Assembly (NCBI GenBank): GCA_032718475.1
Contig: JAUCBJ010002777.1
Location: forward strand, 62,001-126,000
Length of the DNA stretch: 64,000 nt
Reading direction: 5' to 3'
Origin: Nemertoderma westbladi
Taxonomy: Eukaryota > Animalia > Xenacoelomorpha
In this document: in pieces, positions 36,501 through 51,500 of the stretch
Position numbering within the stretch: the first letter of the stretch is position 1
Layout of the letters: the number at the start of each line of letters is the position of its first letter
Notes under the pieces: model-generated
What the model was told of the DNA's origin: nothing
The model's input: the letters and a program-made list of their open reading frames with translations, nothing else
Database searches by the model: none
Position numbers and translations under genes: made by a program

Positions 36501-39500
36501 TCGAGACTTTATTTGCACTCACACAGATACTTTACACGAACCCACTTCGATCGAGACTTTATTTGCACTCACACAGATACTTTCCCTTTCCCCCACTTCG
36601 TGGCTTTATTTGCACTCACACAGATACTTTACACTGCCCCCACTTCGAGGCTTTATTTGCACTCACACAGATACTTACTTTACTCTGCCCCCACTTCGAG
36701 GCTTTATTTGCACTCACACAGATACTTTACACTGCCCCCACTTCGAGGCTTTATTTGCACTCACACAGATACTTTACACTGCCCCCACTTCGAGGCTTTA
36801 TTTGCACTCACACAGATACTTTACTCTGCCCCCACTTCGAGGCTTTATTTGCACTCACACAGATACTTTACACTGCCCAAACTTCGAGGCTTTATTTGCA
36901 CTGACACAGATACTTTACACTGCCCCCACTTCGATCGAGACTTTATTTGCACTCACACAGATACTTTACACGAACCCCCTTCGATCGAGGCTTTATTTGC
37001 ACTCACACAGATACTTTACACTGCCCCCACTTCGAGGCTTTATTTGCACTCACACAGATACTTTACACTGCCCCCACTTCGATCGAGACTTTATTTGCAC
37101 TCACACAGATACTTTACACGAACCCCCTTCGATCGAGGCTTTATTTGCACTCACACAGATACTTTCCCTTTCCCCCACTTCGTGGCTTTATTTGCACTCA
37201 CACAGATACTTTACACTGCCCCCACTTCGAGGCTTTATTTGCACTCACACAGATACTTTACACTGCCCCCACTTCGAGGCTTTATTTGCACTCACACAGA
37301 TACTTTACACTGCCCCCACTTCGAGGCTTTATTTGCACTCACACAGATACTTTATACTGCCCCCACTTCGAGGCTTTATTTGCACTCACACAGATACTTT
37401 ACACTGCCCCCACTTCGAGGCTTTATTTGCACTCACACAGATACTTTACACTGCCCCCACTTCGAGGCTTTATTTGCACTCACACAGATACTTTACACTG
37501 CCCCCACTTCGAGGCTTTATTTGCACTCACACAGATACTTTACACGAACCCCCTTCGATCGAGGCTTTATTTGCACTCACACAGATACTTTACACTGCCC
37601 CCACTTCGAGACTTTATTTGCACTCACACAGATACTTTACTCTGCCCCCACTTCGAGACTTTATTTGCACTCACACAGATACTTTACACTGCCCCCACTT
37701 CGAGGCTTTATTTGCACTCACACAGATACTTTACACTGCCCCCACTTCGAGGCTTTATTTGCACTCACACAGATACTTTACACGAACCCCCTTCGATCGA
37801 GGCTTTATTTGCACTCACACAGATACTTTACACTGCCCCCACTTCGAGACTTTATTTGCACTCACACAGATACTTTACACGAACCCCCTTCGATCGAGGC
37901 TTTATTTGCACTCACACAGATACTTTACACTGCCCCCACTTCGAGACTTTATTTGCACTCACACAGATACTTTACTCTGCCCCCACTTCGAGACTTTATT
38001 TGCACTCACACAGACACTTTACACTGCCCCCACTTCGAGGCTTTATTTGCACTCACACAGATACTTTACACTGCCCCCACTTCGAGGCTTTATTTGCACT
38101 CACACAGATACTTTACACTGCCCCCACTTCGAGACTTTATTTGCACTCACACAGATACTTTACACGAACCCCCTTCGATCGAGGCTTTATTTGCACTCAC
38201 ACAGATACTTTACACTGCCCCCACTTCGAGGCTTTATTTGCACTCACACAGATACTTTACACTGCCCCCACTTCGAGACTTTATTTGCACTCACACAGAT
38301 ACTTTACACTGCCCCCACTTCGAGGCTTTATTTGCACTCACACAGATACTTTACACGAACCCCCTTCGATCGAGGCTTTATTTGCACTCACACAGATACT
38401 TTACACTGCCCCCACTTCGAGACTTTATTTGCACTCACACAGATACTTTACTCTGCCCCCACTTCGAGGCTTTATTTGCACTCACACAGATACTTTACAC
38501 GAACCCCCTTCGATCGAGGCTTTATTTGCACTCACACAGATACTTTACACTGCCCCCACTTCGAGACTTTATTTGCACTCACACAGATACTTTACACTGC
38601 CCCCACTTCGAGGCTTTATTTGCACTCACACAGATACTTTACACGAACCCCCTTCGATCGAGGCTTTATTTGCACTCACACAGATACTTTACACTGCCCC
38701 CACTTCGAGGCTTTATTTGCACTCACACAGATACTTTACACTGCCCCCACTTCGAGACTTTATTTGCACTCACACAGATACTTTACTCTGCCCCCACTTC
38801 GAGGCTTTATTTGCACTCACACAGATACTTTACACGAACCCCCTTCGAGGCTTTATTTACACTCACACAGATACTTTACACTGCCCCCACTTCGAGGCTT
38901 TATTTGCACTCACACAGATACTTTACTCTGCCCCCACTTCGAGGCTTTATTTGCACTCACACAGATACTTTACACGAACCCCCTTCGAGGCTTTATTTAC
39001 ACTCACACAGATACTTTACACTGCCCCCACTTCGAGGCTTTATTTGCACTCACACAGATACTTTACTCTGCCCCCACTTCGAGACTTTATTTACACTCAC
39101 ACAGATACTTTACACTGCCCCCACTTCGAGGCTTTATTTACACTCACACAGATACTTTACACGAACCCCCTTCGATCGAGGCTTTATTTGCACTCACACA
39201 GATACTTTACACTGCCCCCACTTCGAGGTTTTATTTGCACTCACACAGATACTTTACACTGCCCCCACTTCGAGGCTTTATTTGCACTCACACAGACACT
39301 TTACACTGCCCCCACTTCGAGGCTTTATTTGCACTCACACAGATACTTTACACTGCCCCCACTTCGAGGCTTTATTTGCACTCACACAGATACTTTACTC
39401 TGCCCCCACTTCGAGACTTTATTTACACTCACACAGATACTTTACACTGCCCCCACTTCGAGGCTTTATTTACACTCACACAGATACTTTACACGAACCC

Positions 39501-42500
39501 CCTTCGATCGAGGCTTTATTTGCACTCACACAGATACTTTACACTGCCCCCACTTCGAGGTTTTATTTGCACTCACACAGATACTTTACACTGCCCCCAC
39601 TTCGAGGCTTTATTTGCACTCACACAGACACTTTACACTGCCCCCACTTCGAGGCTTTATTTGCACTCACACAGATACTTTACACTGCCCCCACTTCGAG
39701 GCTTTATTTGCACTCACACAGATACTTTACTCTGCCCCCACTTCGAGGCTTTATTTGCACTCACACAGATACTTTACACTGCCCCAACTTCGAGGCTTTA
39801 TTTGCACTCACACAGATACTTTACACTGCCCCCACTTCGAGACTTTATTTGCACTCACACAGATACTTTACACTGCCCCCACCTCGAGGCTTTATTTGCA
39901 CTCACACAGATACTTTACACTGCCCCCACTTCGAGGCTTTATTTGCACTCACACAGATACTTTACACTGCCCCCCACTTCGAGGCTTTATTTGCACTCAC
40001 ACAGATACTTTACACGAACCCCCTTCGATCGAGGCTTTATTTGCACTCACACAGATACTTTACACTGCCCCCACTTCGAGGCTTTATTTGCACTCACACA
40101 GATACTTTACACTGCCCCCACTTCGAGGCTTTATTTGCACTCACACAGATACTTTACTCTGCCCCCACTTCGAGGCTTTATTTGCACTCACACAGATACT
40201 TTACACTGCCCCCACTTCGAGACTTTATTTGCACTCACACAGATACTTTACACGAACCCCCTTCGATCGAGGCTTTATTTGCACTCACACAGATACTTTA
40301 CACTGCCCCCACTTCGAGGCTTTATTTGCACTCACACAGATACTTTACACTGCCCCCACTTCGAGGCTTTATTTGCACTCACACAGATACTTTACACTGC
40401 CCCCACTTCGTGGCTTTATTTGCACTCACACAGACACTTTACACGAACCCCCTTCGATCGAGGCTTTATTTGCACTCACACAGATACTTTACACGAACCC
40501 CCTTCGATCGAGGCTTTATTTGCACTCACACAGATACTTTACACTGCCCCCACTTCGAGGCTTTATTTGCACTCACACAGATACTTTACACTGCCCCCAC
40601 TTCGAGGCTTTATTTGCACTCACACAGATACTTTACACTGCCCCCACTTCGTGGCTTTATTTGCACTCACACAGACACTTTACACGAACCCCCTTCGATC
40701 GAGGCTTTATTTGCACTCACACAGATACTTTACACGAACCCCCTTCGATCGAGGCTTTATTTGCACTCACACAGACACTTTACACGAACCCCCTTCGATC
40801 GAGGCTTTATTTGCACTCACACAGATACTTTACACGAACCCCCTTCGATCGAGGCTTTATTTGCACTCACACAGATACTTTACACTGAACCCACTTCGAG
40901 GCTTTATTTGCACTCACACAGATACTTTACACTGCCCCCACTTCGAGACTTTATTTGCACTCACACAGATACTTTACTCTGCCCCAACTTCGAGGCTTTA
41001 TTTGCACTCACACAGATACTTTACACGAACCCCCTTCGATCGAGGCTTTATTTGCACTCACACAGATACTTTACACTGCCCTCACTTCGAGGCTTTATTT
41101 GCACTCACACAGATACTTTACACGAACCCCCTTCGAGGCTTTATTTGCACTCACACAGATACTTTACACGAACCCCCTTCGATCGAGGCTTTATTTGCAC
41201 TCACACAGATACTTTACACTGCCCCCACTTCGAGGCTTTATTTGCACTCACACAGATACTTTACACGAACCCCCTTCGATCGAGGCTTTATTTGCACTCA
41301 CACAGATACTTTACACTGCCCCCACTTCGAGGCTTTATTTGCACTCACACAGATACTTTACACGAACCCACTTCGATCGAGGCTTTATTTGCACTCACAC
41401 AGATACTTTACACGAACCCACTTCGATCGAGGCTTTATTTGCACTCACACAGATACTTTACACTGCCCCCACTTCGAGGCTTTATTTGCACTCACACAGA
41501 TACTTTACACGAACCCACTTCGATCGAGGCTTTATTTGCACTCACACAGATACTTTACACTGCCCCCACTTCGAGGCTTTATTTGCACTCACACAGATAC
41601 TTTACACGAACCCACTTCGATCGAGGCTTTATTTGCACTCACACAGATACTTTACACTGCCCTCACTTCGAGGCTTTATTTGCACTCACACAGATACTTT
41701 ACACGAACCCCCTTCGATCGAGGCTTTATTTGCACTCACACAGATACTTTACACTGCCCCCACTTCGAGGCTTTATTTGCACTCACACAGATACTTTACA
41801 CTGCCCCCACTTCGAGGCTTTATTTGCACTCACACAGATACTTTACACTGCCCTCACTTCGAGGCTTTATTTGCACTCACACAGATACTTTACACTGCCC
41901 CCACTTCGAGGCTTTATTTGCACTCACACAGATACTTTACACGAACCCACTTCGATCGAGGCTTTATTTGCACTCACACAGATACTTTACACTGCCCCCA
42001 CTTCGAGGCTTTATTTGCACTCACACAGATACTTTACACTGCCCCCACTTCGAGGCTTTATTTGCACTCACACAGATACTTTACACTGCCCCCACTTCGA
42101 GGCTTTATTTGCACTCACACAGATACTTTACACGAACCCCCTTCGAGGCTTTATTTGCACTCACACAGATACTTTACACGAACCCCCTTCGATCGAGGCT
42201 TTATTTGCACTCACACAGATACTTTACACTGCCCCCACTTCGAGGCTTTATTTGCACTCACACAGATACTTTACACTGCCCCCACTTCGTGGCTTTATTT
42301 GCACTCACACAGATACTTTACACGAACCCCCTTCGATCGAGGCTTTATTTGCACTCACACAGATACTTTACACTGCCCCCACTTCGAGGCTTTATTTGCA
42401 CTCACACAGATACTTTACACTGCCCCCACTTCGAGGCTTTATTTGCACTCACACAGATACTTTACTCTGCCCCCACTTCGAGGCTTTATTTGCACTCACA

Positions 42501-45500
42501 CAGATACTTTCCCTTTCCCCACTTCGAGGCTTTATTTGCACTCACACAGATACTTTACACTGCCCCCACTTCGAGGCTTTATTTGCACTCACACAGATAC
42601 TTTCCCTTTCCCCACTTCGAGGCTTTATTTGCACTCACACAGATACTTTACACTGCCCCCACTTCGAGGCTTTATTTGCACTCACACAGATACTTTACTC
42701 TGCCCCCACTTCGAGACTTTATTTGCACTCACACAGATACTTTACACTGCCCCCACTTCGAGGCTTTATTTGCACTCACACAGATACTTTACACGAACCC
42801 CCTTCGAGGCTTTATTTGCACTCACACAGATACTTTACACGAACCCCCTTCGATCGAGGCTTTATTTGCACTCACACAGATACTTTACACGAACCCCCTT
42901 CGATCGAGGCTTTATTTGCACTCACACAGATACTTTACACTGCCCCCACTTCGAGGCTTTATTTGCACTCACACAGATACTTTACTCTGCCCCCCACTTC
43001 GAGGCTTTATTTGCACTCACACAGATACTTTACACGAACCCCCTTCGATCGAGGCTTTATTTGCACTCACACAGATACTTTACACGAACCCCCTTCGATC
43101 GAGGCTTTATTTGCACTCACACAGATACTTTACACGAACCCCCTTCGATCGAGGCTTTATTTGCACTCACACAGATACTTTACACTGTACTCACGGCAAC
43201 GCTTTATTTGCACTCACACAGATACTTTACACTGCCCCCACTTCGAGGCTTTATTTGCACTCACACAGATACTTTACACGAACCCCCTTCGATCGAGGCT
43301 TTATTTGCACTCACACAGATACTTTACACGAACCCCCTTCGATCGAGGCTTTATTTGCACTCACACAGATACTTTACACGAACCCCCTTCGATCGAGGCT
43401 TTATTTGCACTCACACAGATACTTTACACGAACCCCCTTCGATCGAGGCTTTATTTGCACTCACACAGATACTTTACACGAACCCCCTTCGATCGAGACT
43501 TTATTTGCACTCACACAGATACTTTACACGAACCCCCTTCGATCGAGGCTTTATTTGCACTCACACAGATACTTTACACGAACCCCCTTCGATCGAGGCT
43601 TTATTTGCACTCACACAGATACTTTACACTGTACTCACGGCAACGCTTTATTTGCACTCACACAGATACTTTACACTGCCCTCACTTCGAGGCTTTATTT
43701 GCACTCACACAGATACTTTACACGAACCCCCTTCGAGGCTTTATTTGCACTCACACAGATACTTTACACGAACCCCCTTCGATCGAGGCTTTATTTGCAC
43801 TCACACAGATACTTTACACTGCCCTCACTTCGAGGCTTTATTTGCACTCACACAGATACTTTACACGAACCCCCTTCGAGGCTTTATTTGCACTCACACA
43901 GATACTTTACACGAACCCCCTTCGATCGAGGCTTTATTTGCACTCACACAGATACTTTACACGAACCCCCTTCGAGGCTTTATTTGCACTCACACAGATA
44001 CTTTACACGAACCCACTTCGATCGAGGCTTTATTTACACTCACACAGATACTTTACTCTGCCCCCCACTTCGAGGCTTTATTTGCACTCACACAGATACT
44101 TTACACGAACCCACTTCGATCGAGGCTTTATTTGCACTCACACAGATACTTTACACGAACCCACTTCGATCGAGGCTTTATTTGCACTCACACAGATACT
44201 TTACACTGCCCCCACTTCGAGGCTTTATTTGCACTCACACAGATACTTTACACTGCCCCCACTTCGAGGCTTTATTTGCACTCACACAGATACTTTACAC
44301 TGCCCCCACTTCGAGGCTTTATTTGCACTCACACAGATACTTTACACGAACCCACTTCGATCGAGGCTTTATTTGCACTCACACAGATACTTTCCCTTTC
44401 CCCACTTCGAGGCTTTATTTACACTCACACAGATACTTTACACTGCCCCCACTTCGTGGCTTTATTTGCACTCACACAGATACTTTACACTGCCCCCACT
44501 TCGAGGCTTTATTTGCACTCACACAGATACTTTACACGAACCCACTTCGATCGAGGCTTTATTTGCACTCACACAGATACTTTACACGAACCCCCTTCGA
44601 TCGAGGCTTTATTTGCACTCACACAGATACTTTACACTGCCCCCACTTCGAGGCTTTATTTGCACTCACACAGATACTTTACACGAACCCACTTCGATCG
44701 AGGCTTTATTTGCACTCACACAGATACTTTACACTGCCCCCACTTCGAGGCTTTATTTGCACTCACACAGATACTTTACACGAACCCCCTTCGATCGAGG
44801 CTTTATTTGCACTCACACAGATACTTTACACTGCCCCCACTTCGAGGCTTTATTTGCACTCACACAGATACTTTACACGAACCCCCTTCGATCGAGGCTT
44901 TATTTGCACTCACACAGATACTTTACACTGCCCCCACTTCGAGGCTTTATTTGCACTCACACAGATACTTTACACGAACCCACTTCGATCGAGGCTTTAT
45001 TTGCACTCACACAGATACTTTACACGAACCCACTTCGATCGAGGCTTTATTTGCACTCACACAGATACTTTACACGAACCCACTTCGAGGCTTTATTTAC
45101 ACTCACACTGATACTTTACACTGCCCCCACTTCGAGGCTTTATTTGCACTCACACAGATACTTTACACTGCCCCCACTTCGAGGCTTTATTTGCACTCAC
45201 ACAGATACTTTACACTGTACTCACGGCAACGCTTTATTTGCACTCACACAGATACTTTACTCTGCCCCCACTTCGAGGCTTTATTTACACTCACACAGAT
45301 ACTTTACACTGCCCCCACTTCGAGGCTTTATTTGCACTCACACAGATACTTTACACTGTACTCACGGCAACGCTTTATTTGCACTCACACAGATACTTTA
45401 CACTGCCCCCACTTCGAGACTTTATTTGCACTCACACAGATACTTTACACTGCCCCCACTTCGAGGCTTTATTTGCACTCACACAGATACTTTACACTGC

Positions 45501-48500
45501 CCCCACTTCGAGGCTTTATTTGCACTCACACAGATACTTTACACTGCCCCCACTTCGAGGCTTTATTTGCACTCACACAGATACTTTACACTGTACTCAC
45601 GGCAACGCTTTATTTGCACTCACACAGATACTTTACACTGCCCCCACTTCGAGACTTTATTTGCACTCACACAGATACTTTACTCTGCCCCCACTTCGAG
45701 ACTTTATTTGCACTCACACAGATACTTTACACTGCCCCCACTTCGAGGCTTTATTTGCACTCACACAGATACTTTACACTGTACTCACGGCAACGCTTTA
45801 TTTGCACTCACACAGATACTTTACACTGCCCCCACTTCGAGACTTTATTTGCACTCACACAGATACTTTACACTGCCCCCACTTCGAGGCTTTATTTGCA
45901 CTCACACAGATACTTTACACTGCCCCCACTTCGAGGCTTTATTTGCACTCACACACAGATACTTTACACTGCCCCCACTTCGTGGCTTTATTTACACTCA
46001 CACAGATACTTTACACTGCCCCCACTTCGAGGCTTTATTTGCACTCACACAGATACTTTACACTGCCCCCACTTCGAGGCTTTATTTGCACTCACACAGA
46101 TACTTTACACGAACCCCCTTCGAGGCTTTATTTGCACTCACACAGATACTTTACACTGCCCCCACTTCGAGGCTTTATTTACACTCACACAGATACTCTA
46201 CACGAACCCCCTTCGATCGTGGCTTTATTTACACTCACACAGATACTTTACACGAACCCCCTTCGATCGTGGCTTTATTTACACTCACACAGATACTTTA
46301 CACTGCCCCCACTTCGAGGCTTTATTTGCACTCACACAGATACTTTACACTGCCCCCACTTCGAGGCTTTATTTACACTCACACAGATACTCTACACGAA
46401 CCCCCTTCGATCGTGTCTTTATTTACACTCACACAGATACTCTACACGAACCCCCTTCGATCGTGGCTTTATTTACACTCACACAGATACTTTACACTGC
46501 CCCCACTTCGAGGCTTTATTTGCACTCACACAGATACTTTACACTGCCCCCACTTCGAGGCTTTATTTACACTCACACAGATACTCTACACGAACCCCCT
46601 TCGATCGTGGCTTTATTTACACTCACACAGATACTTTACACGAACCCCCTTCGATCGTGGCTTTATTTACACTCACACAGATACTTTACACGAACCCCCT
46701 TCGATCGTGGCTTTATTTACACTCACACAGATACTTTACACGAACCCCCTTCGATCGTGGCTTTATTTACACTCACACAGATACTTTACACGAACCCCCT
46801 TCGATCGTGGCTTTATTTACACTCACACAGATACTTTACACTGCCCCCACTTCGAGGCTTTATTTGCACTCACACAGATACTTTACACTGCCCCCACTTC
46901 GAGGCTTTATTTACACTCACACAGATACTCTACACGAACCCCCTTCGATCGTGTCTTTATTTACACTCACACAGATACTCTACACGAACCCCCTTCGATC
47001 GTGGCTTTATTTACACTCACACAGATACTTTACACTGCCCCCACTTCGAGGCTTTATTTGCACTCACACAGATACTTTACACTGCCCCCACTTCGAGGCT
47101 TTATTTACACTCACACAGATACTCTACACGAACCCCCTTCGATCGTGTCTTTATTTACACTCACACAGATACTTTACATGCCCCCACTTCGTGGCTTTAT
47201 TTGCACTCACACAGATACTTTACTCTGCCCCCCACTTCGAGGCTTTATTTGCACTCCCACAGATACTTTACACTGCCCCCACTTCGAGGCTTTATTTGCA
47301 CTCACACAGATACTTTACACTGCCCCCACTTCGAGGCTTTATTTGCACTCACACAGATACTTTACACTGTACTCACGGCAACGCTTTATTTGCACTCACA
47401 CAGATACTTTACACTGCCCCCACTTCGAGGCTTTATTTGCACTCACACAGATACTTTACACTGCCCCCACTTCGAGGCTTTATTTGCACTCACACAGATA
47501 CTTTACACTGCCCCCACTTCGAGACTTTATTTGCACTCACACAGATACTTTACACTGTACTCACGGCAACGCTTTATTTGCACTCACACAGATACTTTAC
47601 ACTGTACTCACGGCAACGCTTTATTTGCACTCACACAGATACTTTACACTGCCCCCACTTCGAGACTTTATTTGCACTCACACAGATACTTTACACTGCC
47701 CCCACTTCGAGGCTTTATTTGCACTCACACAGATACTTTACACGAACCCACTTCGATCGAGGCTTTATTTGCACTCACACAGATACTTTACACTGCCCCC
47801 ACTTCGAGGCTTTATTTGCACTCACACAGATACTTTACACTGTACTCACGGCAACGCTTTATTTGCACTCACACAGATACTTTACTCTGCCCCCACTTCG
47901 AGACTTTATTTGCACTCACACAGATACTTTACACTGCCCCCACTTCGAGGCTTTATTTGCACTCACACAGATACTTTACACTGTACTCACGGCAACGCTT
48001 TATTTGCACTCACACAGATACTTTACACTGTACTCACGGCAACGCTTTATTTGCACTCACACAGATACTTTACTCTGCCCCCACTTCGAGACTTTATTTG
48101 CACTCACACAGATACTTTACACTGCCCCCACTTCGAGACTTTATTTGCACTCACACAGATACTTTACACTGTACTCACGGCAACGCTTTATTTGCACTCA
48201 CACAGATACTTTACACTGTACTCACGGCAACGCTTTATTTGCACTCACACAGATACTTTACACTGCCCCCACTTCGAGACTTTATTTGCACTCACACAGA
48301 TACTTTACACTGCCCCCACTTCGAGGCTTTATTTGCACTCACACAGATACTTTACACGAACCCACTTCGATCGAGGCTTTATTTGCACTCACACAGATAC
48401 TTTACACTGCCCCCACTTCGAGGCTTTATTTGCACTCACACAGATACTTTACACTGTACTCACGGCAACGCTTTATTTGCACTCACACAGATACTTTACT

Positions 48501-51500
48501 CTGCCCCCACTTCGAGACTTTATTTGCACTCACACAGATACTTTACACTGCCCCCACTTCGAGGCTTTATTTGCACTCACACAGATACTTTACACTGTAC
48601 TCACGGCAACGCTTTATTTGCACTCACACAGATACTTTACACTGCCCCCACTTCGAGACTTTATTTGCACTCACACAGATACTTTACACTGCCCCCACTT
48701 CGAGGCTTTATTTGCACTCACACAGATACTTTACACTGTACTCACGGCAACGCTTTATTTGCACTCACACAGATACTTTACACTGCCCCCACTTCGAGGC
48801 TTTATTTGCACTCACACAGATACTTTACTCTGCCCCCACTTCGAGGCTTTATTTGCACTCACATAGATACTTTACACGAACCCCCTTCGATCGAGGCTTT
48901 ATTTGCACTCACACAGATACTTTACACGAACCCACTTCGAGACTATATTTGCACTCACACAGATACTTTACACGAACCCCCTTCGATCGAGGCTTTATTT
49001 GCACTCACACAGATACTTTACACTGCCCCCACTTCGAGGCTTTATTTGCACTCACACAGATACTTTACACTGCCCCCACTTCGATCGAGGCTTTATTTGC
49101 ACTCACACAGATACTTTACACGAACCCCCTTCGATCGAGGCTTTATTTGCACTCACACAGATACTTTACACTGTACTCACGGCAACGCTTTATTTGCACT
49201 CACACAGATACTTTACTCTGCCCCCACTTCGAGGCTTTATTTGCACTCACACAGATACTTTACACTGTACTCACGGCAACGCTTTATTTGCACTCACACA
49301 GATACTTTACTCTGCCCCCACTTCGAGACTTTATTTGCACTCACACAGATACTTTACACTGCCCCCACTTCGAGGCTTTATTTGCACTCACACAGATACT
49401 TTACACTGTACTCACGGCAACGCTTTATTTGCACTCACACAGATACTTTACACTGCCCCCACTTCGAGACTTTATTTGCACTCACACAGATACTTTACAC
49501 TGCCCCCACTTCGAGGCTTTATTTGCACTCACACAGATACTTTACACTGTACTCACGGCAACGCTTTATTTGCACTCACACAGATACTTTACACTGCCCC
49601 CACTTCGAGGCTTTATTTGCACTCACACAGATACTTTACTCTGCCCCCACTTCGAGGCTTTATTTGCACTCACACAGATACTTTACACGAACCCCCTTCG
49701 ATCGAGGCTTTATTTGCACTCACACAGATACTTTACACGAACCCCCTTCGATCGAGGCTTTATTTGCACTCACACAGATACTTTACTCTGCCCCCACTTC
49801 GAGGCTTTATTTGCACTCACACAGATACTTTACACTGCCCCCACTTCGAGGCTTTATTTGCACTCACACAGATACTTTACACTGCCCCCACTTCGAGACT
49901 TTATTTGCACTCACACAGATACTTTACACTGCCCCCACTTCGAGGCTTTATTTGCACTCACACAGATACTTTACACTGTACTCACGGCAACGCTTTATTT
50001 GCACTCACACAGATACTTTACACTGCCCCCACTTCGAGGCTTTATTTGCACTCACACAGATACTTTACTCTGCCCCCACTTCGAGGCTTTATTTGCACTC
50101 ACACAGATACTTTACACGAACCCCCTTCGATCGAGGCTTTATTTGCACTCACACAGATACTTTACACGAACCCCCTTCGATCGAGGCTTTATTTGCACTC
50201 ACACAGATACTTTACTCTGCCCCCACTTCGAGGCTTTATTTGCACTCACACAGATACTTTACACTGCCCCCACTTCGAGGCTTTATTTGCACTCACACAG
50301 ATACTTTACACGAACCCCCTTCGATCGAGACTTTATTTGCACTCACACAGATACTTTACACTGCCCCCACTTCGAGGCTTTATTTGCACTCACACAGATA
50401 CTTTACACGAACCCCCTTCGATCGAGACTTTATTTGCACTCACACAGATACTTTACACGAACCCCCTTCGATCGAGACTTTATTTGCACTCACACAGATA
50501 CTTTACACTGCCCCCACTTCGAGGCTTTATTTGCACTCACACAGATACTTTACACGAACCCCCTTCGATCGAGACTTTATTTACACTCACACAGATACTT
50601 TACACTGCCCCCACTTCGAGGCTTTATTTGCACTCACACAGATACTTTACACGAACCCCCTTCGATCGAGGCTTTATTTGCACTCACACAGATACTTTAC
50701 ACTGCCCCCCACTTCGAGGCTTTATTTGCACTCACACAGATACTTTACACGAACCCCCTTCGATCGAGGCTTTATTTGCACTCACACAGATACTTTACAC
50801 TGCCCCCCACTTCGAGGCTTTATTTGCACTCACACAGATACTTTACACGAACCCCCTTCGATCGAGGCTTTATTTGCACTCACACAGATACTTTACACTG
50901 CCCCCACTTCGAGACTTTATTTACACTCACACAGATACTTTACACGAACCCCCTTCGATCGAGGCTTTATTTGCACTCACACAGATACTTTACACTGCCC
51001 CCACTTCGAGGCTTTATTTGCACTCACACAGATACTTTACACTGTACTCACGGCAACGCTTTATTTGCACTCACACAGATACTTTACTCTGCCCCCACTT
51101 CGAGGCTTTATTTGCACTCACACAGATACTTTACACGAACCCCCTTCGATCGAGGCTTTATTTGCACTCACACAGATACTTTACTCTGCCCCCACTTCGA
51201 GGCTTTATTTGCACTCACACAGATACTTTACACGAACCCCCTTCGATCGAGGCTTTATTTGCACTCACACAGATACTTTACACTGCCCCCACTTCGAGAC
51301 TTTATTTGCACTCACACAGATACTTTACACTGTACTCACGGCAACGCTTTATTTGCACTCACACAGATACTTTACTCTGCCCCCACTTCGAGGCTTTATT
51401 TACACTCACACAGATACTTTACACTGCCCCCACTTCGATCGAGGCTTTATTTGCACTCACACAGATACTTTACACTGCCCTCACTTCGAGACTTTATTTA

